The notes under the pieces are model-generated. The model did no database searches. It saw only the letters and a list, made by a program, of their open reading frames with translations, and was not told the origin of the DNA. Made by a program: the position numbers and the translations under genes. Below are positions 6,451 to 14,848 of a DNA stretch of 15,228 nt, in pieces (within the stretch, counting starts at the first letter, position 1; each line of letters begins with the position of its first letter). The DNA comes from an uncultured archaeon (GTDB lineage: Archaea; Thermoproteota; EX4484-205; JAAOZP01): assembly GCA_938045545.1 (NCBI GenBank), contig CALIBN010000037.1:1-15228 (forward strand), written 5' to 3'.

Positions 6451-6984
6451 ATGAATCACCTGAAAGGATATTCAGCAAGGCAGGATATTAAGCTATCGCA
6501 ACCATTGTTCATCGAGCGATATTTCAAGGGTCGGGAGTTCAGTAAAAAAATTTTGGAGACGAGTGGTTAATTTTAATCGCATAACTGCTTGATCCCCGTC
6601 CAAAGCCTTATAATGCCAGTATCTAGTGTCCTCGACCAGGCTGTTAACCTCATCATTGTGAGATTAATCTGAAGCAAACGCTTCGTCAATATTCAACCAC
6701 TGAGAGAAGACCGTGCTTTGCCTCAGCGGCTCCTCGTCCCGCTGGGCTCCTCCCCTTAGAAGTTATTGCCATTATAATAGCGATGAATTAGCGAGATTAG
6801 CCCAGATATTGCTCCTACAATAGGTATGGGGGTGAGGTTTTCAGTCCTCCAGGCTGCGGTTAGGCTGAAGCCGTTGGTCGGCAAGTTTGAAACTATAGTT
6901 TCCAGCCTTCAAAAACGTTGGCTGGCAGGATGCTTCTACTTTTCTTCGATAAAGCTTATTACGAGGATTCTTAATAAGCATCCG

Positions 6985-8193
6985 ATGAAAACTTTCCGCC
7001 TACTAGTCTCTCTAGACGAGGCGCTTCAACTAATCTACGGGAGGATAAACCCGGTTGAGAAGGCTGAGGAGGTTAGCCTGGATGATGCCGTCGGAAGGGT
7101 TTCAGCGGAGAACGTGAAGGCTCCTTTCGACGTTCCCTGCTTCAACAGGTCTGCGATGGACGGGTACTGCGTGAGGGCTGAGGATGTTTACGGTGCGAGC
7201 CAGTTTAACCCTGTTAGGCTCAGGATTGTCGACACGATTGGCGTTGACGAGGAGCCTAAGCGGCCAGTGGGACCTGGGGAATGCATCCAGGTTGCCACAG
7301 GCAGCATTATCCCGGAAGGTGGTGATGCGGTGGTAATGTATGAGCATACTGACAGGGTAGGTGAAGAAGTTCTAGTGTATAGGCCCGTCTACCCGGGTGA
7401 GAATATTTCGAAGAAGGGTTCAGACATACCTTACGGGAAGGAGGTAGTTAAGCAGGGCGATTACCTTAACGCTTCCAAGATAGGTGTTTTAGCGGCTCTT
7501 GGAGTCGCGAGGGTGAGGGTTTACGAGAAGCCTAGGGTCCTTATAGTCCCTACTGGAAGCGAGCTTGCGGAGGTTGGAAAAGGCAAAACGGCCTTTCAGA
7601 TCTACGATGTGAACTCCCATACTCTCGCCGCAGTAGTAAAGGAGAACGGGGGGATACCTGTTCTTCACGAAATCGTTCCGGATGACGAGGATGCTATTGA
7701 GAAGGCTTTGGAGAAGGGTGTTGAGAACAGCCTGATCGTGGTAACTGGCGGAAGCTCCGTCGGCACCAGGGACGTTATTTACGACGTGCTCAGAAGAAGG
7801 GGGGAGGTGCTTTTCCACGGCGTGCAGGTTAAGCCTGGTAAACCCACCGTGGGGGCGGTTTTCGAAAACAGGGTTGTACTGGCCATGCCTGGACACCCTA
7901 CCTCCTGCTTGAGCAACGCCTATCTTTTCCTCAGGCCTGTTTTGAGAAGGATTGCCAGGCTGCCTGACGCAGGCTTGAAGACGGTTAGAGCCAGGCTTTC
8001 CAGGAGGGTTGTTTCAACCCTTGGGAGAAGGTTCTTCCTGACCGTCAGGCTGAGAAAAGGGGAGGCTGAGCCTGTTTTCAAAGAGTCCTCTGCAATAACC
8101 AGCATGGCTGAGGCCGACGGTTACGTCGTAATACCTGAGAACGCTGACACTGTCGAGAAAGGAGACTGGGTTGAGGTCCACCTGTTCGACTAA
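6985..8193 (+). CDS. moeA: Molybdopterin molybdotransferase (gephyrin E-like)
   Basis: FNRSAMDGYCV, VATGSIIPEGGDAVVMYE, TGSEL, TGGSSVG, KPGKP, MPGHP and SSAITSMAEADG motifs. Family similarity starts at ATG 6985 (402 aa). Confidence 0.95.
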   Translation: MKTFRLLVSLDEALQLIYGRINPVEKAEEVSLDDAVGRVSAENVKAPFDVPCFNRSAMDGYCVRAEDVYGASQFNPVRLRIVDTIGVDEEPKRPVGPGECIQVATGSIIPEGGDAVVMYEHTDRVGEEVLVYRPVYPGENISKKGSDIPYGKEVVKQGDYLNASKIGVLAALGVARVRVYEKPRVLIVPTGSELAEVGKGKTAFQIYDVNSHTLAAVVKENGGIPVLHEIVPDDEDAIEKALEKGVENSLIVVTGGSSVGTRDVIYDVLRRRGEVLFHGVQVKPGKPTVGAVFENRVVLAMPGHPTSCLSNAYLFLRPVLRRIARLPDAGLKTVRARLSRRVVSTLGRRFFLTVRLRKGEAEPVFKESSAITSMAEADGYVVIPENADTVEKGDWVEVHLFD

Positions 8194-8240
8194 GCCGTTT
8201 ACCCGTTAGGTTTATATCCTTAGGGTCCGGGTGGAACAGA

Positions 8241-9536
8241 ATGGTTGGAAGAAGCAGGATTGAGAAGGCTCTGGTCGCGGTCATCCTTATCAACGCCTCG
8301 GCCACGCCTCTCCCGGTTAACGCTGAGGAGGAGGTGAGGGTTAACTGGCTGGTTGAAGCCAACCCCGGCTTCCTTTTCGACGTCGCTTTCTCAACCTGCG
8401 AGAAGGGGCTGCACATCTACGTGGCTGGCTTCGACTCCTCCTCTGAGAGCGGCGCACTACAGATGCGTGTTGAAAAGAGGCTTAAGAGCGACGGCTCTTT
8501 GGTTGAAAACTGGACCTACATGCCATCGGAATACGGTGGATTGTTGTACGACTGTGTAATAGCCGGCGACAGGATTTATGCCGCCGGAGCAGTATACTCG
8601 GTTAACGAAAGCGGCTGGATGGTTCTCGTTCTAGACCTCGACCTTAACCTGCTCAGCGTCGTCAACCTGACAACGATACCTGGGGCGGCGATTTCAGCCT
8701 TTTGCGACCAGGAGTTCCTCTACGTCGCGGGCATAAGCACAACAGGGTTCAGCGAGGGAGTACATGTCAGAAAGATGAGGCTCAGTGACCTAAGCCTTGT
8801 TAAAGAGTATTCTTCCAATCTTTCAGATGTGAACTACGCTTACGATATTGCTCTAAACCCTTTGAGCAACCAGATATGGGTTGTGGGCAACGTCAAGTCT
8901 GAAAAATGGAGGATTGAAATTCTGGATAAGGATCTCAACCTTGTTAAATACTTGGAGACCGACATCGGTTCCTCCGCAACCTCAATCGGCTTTGACGAAG
9001 ACGGGTATTCTTATGTCGTTGGAGACGGCGGGATACTCAAGCTTAGCGGGGACGCTGGAGAGGTCAAGAGATACGTTCAGCCCGTGCTTTTCGCTAAAAC
9101 CCTGTTGCTGGGAAACCGTCTTTACGTGGCTGGCGGTGAAAGCGTGGGAGACTACATTAGGCAGGTCCTGTATGTTTTCGACCGTGAGCTTAACCTGCTT
9201 AACAGGACGGTCATAAGCATGAGCATGGATGCGGATGCGATGTTCCTCATGGGGAAAATGGTTTCCGACGGTGAAAACATTTACGTGGCGGGCCTAGCAT
9301 ACGTCGGCTACTATGACTATGAATGGGTCGTATGCTCGGTGAAAGCCGGCAGATACGCAGCTCCCCGGTATGTGGAATACTGGTACGTATTGCTGGTCCC
9401 CGTGGCAGCGATGCTGGCTGTTTCAGCGCTTCTCCTCCTTGTTATGAGGAGGAGAAAGAGGTTGCAGCAGGCTCCGCGGAGAGAACAGTTTCCAGAGGAA
9501 GAGGAGCAGCAAGAGGATACGCGTCGAATCGGCTGA
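8241..9536 (+). CDS. Secreted, C-terminally membrane-anchored beta-propeller-like surface protein
   Basis: Signal-peptide-like N-terminus ending PVNA|EE. Repeated blade motifs (IYVAG, IYAAG, LYVAG, IWVVG, SYVVG, LYVAG, IYVAG; LDxDLNL). C-terminal TM helix followed by RRRKR and an acidic tail. TTTATAT at 8211-8217 suggests a leaderless transcript. Confidence 0.8.
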   Translation: MVGRSRIEKALVAVILINASATPLPVNAEEEVRVNWLVEANPGFLFDVAFSTCEKGLHIYVAGFDSSSESGALQMRVEKRLKSDGSLVENWTYMPSEYGGLLYDCVIAGDRIYAAGAVYSVNESGWMVLVLDLDLNLLSVVNLTTIPGAAISAFCDQEFLYVAGISTTGFSEGVHVRKMRLSDLSLVKEYSSNLSDVNYAYDIALNPLSNQIWVVGNVKSEKWRIEILDKDLNLVKYLETDIGSSATSIGFDEDGYSYVVGDGGILKLSGDAGEVKRYVQPVLFAKTLLLGNRLYVAGGESVGDYIRQVLYVFDRELNLLNRTVISMSMDADAMFLMGKMVSDGENIYVAGLAYVGYYDYEWVVCSVKAGRYAAPRYVEYWYVLLVPVAAMLAVSALLLLVMRRRKRLQQAPRREQFPEEEEQQEDTRRIG

Positions 9537-9545
9537 CCAGCAGCG

Positions 9546-10547
9546 TTACAGGTCCTCGACGATTATTTCCCTGTTCTCCTCGGCAGACCTTCTTGCTGAA
9601 AGAACCAGGTTTAGGCTTCTAGCACCCTCCTCAATAGGGTTCCTAGTGGGGGTGTCGCTCTTTATAGCGTTGAGAAAGTCTAGGCTTACGGCTTCCGAAA
9701 GGTTCTTTCTCGAAGCCACGGTAATCTGCTCCTCCCACGGCTTATTCGTAAGGGTGAAAACAGCGTTATTAGCGTCGGTGAAGAAAACTGTCAGGTTCCT
9801 GGAGACAATGTTCAACTCGTGAAGCCACTTGTTCGGCATCGCGAAGTTCGTGGCGGCTATTGCTCCAAGCCCTCCGTGTTTAAACCTTAAGATGGAAACG
9901 CTAACGTCCTCCACACTGTAGCCTTCAACATCCCTGTGGAAAAGATTATCCATCTTGCAGTAGACGCTCCGAGGCTCTCCAGCCATAAACCTTGAGAGAT
10001 CATAAAGGTGTATGATTTGCTCAACAACCTGGCCGCCGCTCTTAGTCTTGTCCCTCCACCAGGGCGAGTGCAGGGAGTTACAGTAATACTTCGCCAGGAA
10101 CATGCCGACCGGCCCTGCTTCGCCCTGTTCAACCATCTTCCTGAAATGCTCAACGGCAGCTCCAAACCTCAGCTGGAACCCTACTTGCGTCTTTATGGCG
10201 TGCCTCCTGGCTGCGTCAACCATGCTCTTAGCCTTCGCCATGTCCAGGGCTATTGGCTTCTCGATGAAAACGTGAACACCGTTTTCAGCAGCGATCTCAA
10301 CCTCGTTTGAATGCGCAAACGGGGGAAGACAGACGTAGACAGCGTCAAGCTTCTCTCTTTCAAGCATCCTTGCGAAATCAGTGTACACTGCAGCACTACC
10401 CTTCGCATACTTAGCGTTGAACTCCCTAGCCTTATCCTCAACGATGTCGCAGAAGGAAACCAGTTGAACATCCTTCATGCTTGAGAGAACCTGCATGTGC
10501 GCGTTAGCTATCCCTCCGCAACCTATTAAGCCGATCCTCAGGACCAT
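9546..10547 (-). CDS. Gfo/Idh/MocA-family NAD(P)-dependent oxidoreductase
   Basis: IGLIGCGGIA Rossmann motif, HVFIEKPIA, VGFQLRF and SGGQVVEQIIHLYD. Confidence 0.95.
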   Translation of the reverse strand: MVLRIGLIGCGGIANAHMQVLSSMKDVQLVSFCDIVEDKAREFNAKYAKGSAAVYTDFARMLEREKLDAVYVCLPPFAHSNEVEIAAENGVHVFIEKPIALDMAKAKSMVDAARRHAIKTQVGFQLRFGAAVEHFRKMVEQGEAGPVGMFLAKYYCNSLHSPWWRDKTKSGGQVVEQIIHLYDLSRFMAGEPRSVYCKMDNLFHRDVEGYSVEDVSVSILRFKHGGLGAIAATNFAMPNKWLHELNIVSRNLTVFFTDANNAVFTLTNKPWEEQITVASRKNLSEAVSLDFLNAIKSDTPTRNPIEEGARSLNLVLSARRSAEENREIIVEDL

Positions 10548-10597
10548 GGCTCAACCGATTTCGAGAAGGGTAATAAACTTAACTTGAGGAAAAACAG

Positions 10598-11644
10598 CTA
10601 CCGGTACCAGTCTAAACTGTTCTCAACATAGGTGGTCATGCTGTAGAAGAAGCTCTTCGCCTCACTATTCATCCTGGTTTCAGCGATCAGCCTCCTAGCC
10701 TCCTCAGCATGCTTCTTCGAGGCTTCCTTAGCTTTTTCCAGGCCTCCGCTAAGCCTGACGAGGCTCCTGGCCTTTTCAACCTCCTCCCTGCTTACGCTGG
10801 CCCTTCCCCGAAGGCTTTTCAAAAAACGGGGGACTCCGGGATCAGGCGAGCCAAGAGCATAGATTACGTGAAGAGGCTTCTTGCCGAGCCTCAGGTCTCC
10901 GCACGGGGGTCTACCGTAATCCTCTTCAGAAGCGTAAGTGTCAATTATGTCATCCTGAATGTCGAAAGCATAACCTATGTTTACAGCAGCCTCTCTGAGA
11001 AGCCTCAGATCCTTTTCGGAAGCGCCTCCTAGAATTCCCCCTGCAAGCATGGTAACCTTGAAGAGGGAGGCTGCCCTCTTAGAAGCCATGACGCGCCACT
11101 CTTCAGCATCCACATCCCTGTATTCGAAGAGAAGGTCGAGCATTTGGCTCTCGTTAACCTCCCTGTATCCTTCTGAAAGCAGGAGCAATGTTTCAGCAAC
11201 CTTATCCACAGGGAAGCCTGAGCCGATTATTGTTTGAACAGCTAAAGCGTACGCGCTGTTTCCGAGGAAAATAGCCACCCCTTCCCCAAGCCTTTCGTCG
11301 AACATCTTTGAGAAGACGCTGTGGACGGTTCCCCCTCCCCTTCTAGTTTCCTCCACGTCAACGAGGTCGTCGTGAACAAGTATGCTCTGACGGTAGATCT
11401 CGATGCCGGCGCAGACGCTAAGTATTTTCTCGTCAACCGTGTCGACATAACCCTTGTACGTGGCTAGAGTGCTGCACGAGGCAAGCCTCTTACCCTTTCG
11501 AAGCGTAAACTCCCTTAAGCAGGTGTAAGCCTCCTTTACAAACGGATGGTATTTTTCAGCCTCCTTAACGGTTTTAGAGAAGACTTCTTCAACCTTTCTC
11601 TCAACCATCGCGCCATACTCTTTGAGAACCTCCTCCCAATCCAT
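10598..11644 (-). CDS. Trans-polyprenyl diphosphate synthase (IdsA/GGPPS-like) with atypical motifs
   Basis: GKRL, FARM HDDLVD...RRG, SQMLDL, SARM IQDDIID and GDLRLGKK. Confidence 0.92.
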   Translation of the reverse strand: MDWEEVLKEYGAMVERKVEEVFSKTVKEAEKYHPFVKEAYTCLREFTLRKGKRLASCSTLATYKGYVDTVDEKILSVCAGIEIYRQSILVHDDLVDVEETRRGGGTVHSVFSKMFDERLGEGVAIFLGNSAYALAVQTIIGSGFPVDKVAETLLLLSEGYREVNESQMLDLLFEYRDVDAEEWRVMASKRAASLFKVTMLAGGILGGASEKDLRLLREAAVNIGYAFDIQDDIIDTYASEEDYGRPPCGDLRLGKKPLHVIYALGSPDPGVPRFLKSLRGRASVSREEVEKARSLVRLSGGLEKAKEASKKHAEEARRLIAETRMNSEAKSFFYSMTTYVENSLDWYR

Positions 11645-11920
11645 CCCGGTGGGAAAACCGCCGTGGGCTCATAAACCTTAGGTTTGAACCCTTAACCCTA
11701 GGCTTGAAAAACATGTTAACGGCACGCGCTTTCTATAGAAAAACCCTATTCCTCCAGCTTAGAGAAGGAGGGTCAAACTGCTCATCGCCGCATAAGAATG
11801 GAGACTACTCTAACCATAGTCCTAGCCTAAGTCGTAATGTGCTTGAAAGTGAAGTTTCACGCCGCATCGCTTGGCTGAAGCACGGAGATGGCAATAGGCT
11901 AGTTTCCCATTCGAATAGTT

Positions 11921-11943
11921 GAAAAATAAAGTTTGAAAAAATT
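11921..11943 (-). terminator. T-rich archaeal terminator candidate downstream of the isomerase gene
   Basis: Minus strand AATTTTTTCAAACTTTATTTTTC, about 40-60 nt after the stop at 11982. Confidence 0.4.
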
Positions 11944-11981
11944 GGGGAGACAGGACTATTTTTCACAGTGGTACGTGCGAA

Positions 11982-12947
11982 TTACCACCATGGTTTAACT
12001 TCAGGGGGCTCGACGCGAACCAGGGGCTTGAGGAAGAACAACGCTTGCTCAACACCAGAATCCCTGCTGAAGCATGGGTCTTCATGCTCAACGCTTAAAA
12101 CGTAGTTGTACCCCGTTTCCAGCAAAGCCGTTATCACGTTTCGCCACGGTACCTGGCCCCATCCCACTGTCCTGAACCTCACAGGCCTCGCGACCCTGTT
12201 CCACGGCCCATACGCCAGAACCCCGGTTTTATCAGCCGTGTAGTGGACAACCTCAACATCCTTCGCGTGCACATGGAATATCCTGTCGTGAAGCTCATAT
12301 ATGAACGCCACGGGGCTCATGTGCTGCCAGATGAAGTGGGAAGGATCATAGTTGAAGCCAAGCGCCTTATGCCCTCCAGCGGCCTCAACCAGCGCTTTAG
12401 CTGTGTCAAGATTGTAGTTGAGCTCCATCGGGTGTGTTTCAAAAGCAATCTTAATCCCGTGGTCACCCGCATAGTCTAGAATGGGGAGCCACCTTTCCTT
12501 AAATATTTTGAAATAATTGTTCCAAATCTCCTCGTTCGTCGGTGGAAAGTTATACCATTTCCCCCACTCTGGCACCCCGGTGAAGCCGCATACCACTGGG
12601 ACGTTCAGCGTTTGCGCGGCGTCTATTGTCTTCTTCATCCTACTGATGCCGTATTCGACTTTCTCCTTAGGCGTCCCTTTGAACCAGATGTCTGTGGATT
12701 CGTCTAGTGGTCCAAGTATGAGCTGGCTTTCAAGATGGTTGCTTAAGGCGGATATTTGCACCCCGTACTTGGCGATGATGCTTCTTATTTCGCTTGCCCC
12801 GCCCGTGGTGACCTGATCGATGTCAATGTGGTTCGAACCCTTCCAGCATGCTAGTTCAACAGCCTCATAGCCTAGGGAGGAAACGTATTCCAGCGTCTTA
12901 TCCAGCGGCCGATCGTTGTACAGAACCGTGAAAATACCTATCTTCAT
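11982..12947 (-). CDS. Sugar phosphate isomerase/epimerase-family TIM barrel (AP_endonuc_2/IolE-like)
   Basis: GYEAVEL, AFETHP, GFNYDPSH, FHVHAKD and LSVEHED metal-binding motifs. Confidence 0.92.
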   Translation of the reverse strand: MKIGIFTVLYNDRPLDKTLEYVSSLGYEAVELACWKGSNHIDIDQVTTGGASEIRSIIAKYGVQISALSNHLESQLILGPLDESTDIWFKGTPKEKVEYGISRMKKTIDAAQTLNVPVVCGFTGVPEWGKWYNFPPTNEEIWNNYFKIFKERWLPILDYAGDHGIKIAFETHPMELNYNLDTAKALVEAAGGHKALGFNYDPSHFIWQHMSPVAFIYELHDRIFHVHAKDVEVVHYTADKTGVLAYGPWNRVARPVRFRTVGWGQVPWRNVITALLETGYNYVLSVEHEDPCFSRDSGVEQALFFLKPLVRVEPPEVKPWW

Positions 12948-13002
12948 GATTCCAACACCAGGTTTTTAAATAAGTGTCTGCTGAATATAAATATATCTCC
13001 AG
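12948..13002. promoter_or_regulatory. Divergent promoter region (isomerase / archaemetzincin)
   Basis: 55-bp AT-rich gap containing TTTTTAAATAA (2963-type box at 12963-12973) and AATATAAATATAT (12984-12996). Confidence 0.5.
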
Positions 13003-13599
13003 TTGAAAACCGGGTTTAACAGGGCGGCGATTGAAGTATTGATAGTTCTCATGGGGGACGCTAACCCCGGTGAGCTAGCCTTCCTCCCGGGATGCCTCTC
13101 CCAAGTCTTCAGCAAAGTGCGTTTCAAAACGAGTAGAGAAGTCGTCAGGCTGCCGCCTTATGCCTACGATAAGACGAGGAGACAGTATAACTCGACGCTT
13201 CTGCTGGAGTATCTAGCTTTAATTAATCCTGGGGGCTACGCGAAATACCTTGGGGTTACGGAGGCTGATCTCTACGCCGGGAGGCTGAACTTCGTCTTCG
13301 GAGAGGCGGTTTTAAACGGCCAGTACGCCGTCGTCTCGCTACACAGGCTTAGGCCAGAGTTCTACGGCAACCCGCCTGACAGGAGGCTTTTCGAAGCCAG
13401 GGTCCTCAAGGAGGCTGTTCACGAGCTCGGCCACACTTTCGGCTTAACCCACTGCGAGAACCCTGAGTGCGTAATGCACTTCAGCAACTCAATAATAGAC
13501 ACTGACGTTAAGAAGTCTCAGCCGTGCTTAAACTGCCAAGTTAAACTCTTCAGGAAGATTTTCAACAAGCCTTATAAGCGATCAGAGTTAAACTCGTAG
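13003..13599 (+). CDS. amzA: Archaemetzincin zinc metalloprotease (M54)
   Basis: RRQY, DLY...LNFVFGEA, KEAVHELGHTFGLTHC, CVMHFSNS (Met-turn) and a terminal CxxC completing the Cys4 zinc site. The exact start is uncertain. Confidence 0.95.
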   Translation: MKTGFNRAAIEVLIVLMGDANPGELAFLPGCLSQVFSKVRFKTSREVVRLPPYAYDKTRRQYNSTLLLEYLALINPGGYAKYLGVTEADLYAGRLNFVFGEAVLNGQYAVVSLHRLRPEFYGNPPDRRLFEARVLKEAVHELGHTFGLTHCENPECVMHFSNSIIDTDVKKSQPCLNCQVKLFRKIFNKPYKRSELNS

Positions 13600-13601
13600 C
13601 G

Positions 13602-14819
13602 ATGGGGAGGATTTCCACTCATATTTGTGGAGATGCTGGTCCACTGGACGAGTACAATCCTTTCAAAGTGACTCGTCAGGAGCATGCGCCGGAGATCCTG
13701 TTCCTATTGAACTTAGAGCCTCTCAGTATGAATGAGCTTTCAAGCAGGCTGGGCGTAGGAGTCGAGACCGTCAGCAGGCTGCTTCAAGACCTATCCAGGA
13801 TTAACGCTGTCGTTGAGAAAGATGGGAAATGGAGTGTCTTGTTCCCCATATTCACGAAGCAGGATATTCGCCTGGTTTCCGAGAAAACAAGGAAGCCCGC
13901 TGTGAGGCTCGCGGAGGAGATAATGGGGATGGGGTTGAAGCTTAAGGAGCAGCTGGCCGAGCTTTCTTGCGCCAGGCAGGTTGAAACTGGTAAGCTAATG
14001 TTCGCCGTCGTCGGCTGTTTCATCCTAGACTGGAAAGCATTGGAAACGCTTAACGAGAAGGACTTAAGCCTCTGCAGTAGGAAGCAGCAGCCCGGCGGCC
14101 GCAGATACGTCCTGCTGGGAAGGGAGGAGGGTGCAGGAGAAGGCTTGTATGATAAGATGTACTGGGGTAGCCATAGCAACAGGTTTGGCAGAATCACTTT
14201 CACAAGCTTTGGCGACCATGCTGGCTACAGGTACGCATTCCCGGACCTGGCTTGGAATCTTAACTCGCTGATTCTAAGACGGGAGGAAAACGGGCTGCCT
14301 GACTGGCTCCAGGGGAAGATCAAAGAGGCATTCAACGTTTTCCAGACGGGGTGCATGCTTGAGCTTGGAAGAATGCTTCTACTGCTAAACGATGAGGGGC
14401 CGATGGGCGTGTCGCTATTGAGAGAGAAACTTGGCTTGGAGAAGGAGCAGGCGGAAAACCTACTAAAGCTGTTAGCCGACATGAAATATGTTTCCCTCAG
14501 CGGGGATAAGGTGGGGCTGAACTACCCTGTTTTCACAGCCAGCGATAAGACTGTTATTGAGGATGTTTGGCGAATCCTGTCCGGTCTGGTTGAGAAGGAA
14601 GCCTGCGAATACTTTAACTCTCTACAAGCCGAGCTGGCTGAGATAACTCCGATCCACAGGGGGATTGACCCGAGGGAAATATATACTGACGTGTGGCACT
14701 GGGTCTTCGGGTGGGCCAACCGGATCATGGCTGAAAGAGGCTTCTTCTTCGACCCGCCTAGGGAAAGAGAAGGAGAAGGCAGGTATATTGCTTGGATCGA
14801 GGAAGACAGCACGCACTGA
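13602..14819 (+). CDS. 405-aa protein with two wHTH-like segments; putative transcriptional regulator
   Basis: EPLSMNELSSRLGVGVETVSRLLQDLSRINAV and GPMGVSLLREKLGLEKEQAENLLKLLADMKYV, followed by FPIFT and YPVFT respectively. TTATAA at 13572-13577 is a candidate own promoter. Confidence 0.8.
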   Translation: MGRISTHICGDAGPLDEYNPFKVTRQEHAPEILFLLNLEPLSMNELSSRLGVGVETVSRLLQDLSRINAVVEKDGKWSVLFPIFTKQDIRLVSEKTRKPAVRLAEEIMGMGLKLKEQLAELSCARQVETGKLMFAVVGCFILDWKALETLNEKDLSLCSRKQQPGGRRYVLLGREEGAGEGLYDKMYWGSHSNRFGRITFTSFGDHAGYRYAFPDLAWNLNSLILRREENGLPDWLQGKIKEAFNVFQTGCMLELGRMLLLLNDEGPMGVSLLREKLGLEKEQAENLLKLLADMKYVSLSGDKVGLNYPVFTASDKTVIEDVWRILSGLVEKEACEYFNSLQAELAEITPIHRGIDPREIYTDVWHWVFGWANRIMAERGFFFDPPREREGEGRYIAWIEEDSTH

Positions 14820-14848
14820 TTAACCGTCTCAATAGGCTAGGCGTCAAC

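Noticed and set aside
6612-6656. Minus-strand ATGATGA...CTGG...CGAGGA...CTGG as a box C/D guide RNA
   Set aside because: Box C is perfect, but both D boxes read CTGG rather than CTGA and the guides are short (9-10 nt).
6826-6984. 53-aa N-terminal extension of MoeA in the ORF track
   Set aside because: Family similarity begins at ATG 6985, which has a TATA-like AAGCTTATTA ~25-33 nt upstream.
11704-11922. 72-aa plus-strand ORF in the intergenic gap
   Set aside because: TTG start, no recognisable motif and atypical composition; probably spurious.
1181-14816. Numerous short alternative-frame and antisense ORFs in the track (e.g. 3308-3604, 4931-5302, 7489-7896, 10709-11032, 13784-14203)
   Set aside because: They are shadow ORFs overlapping well-supported genes and have no motifs.
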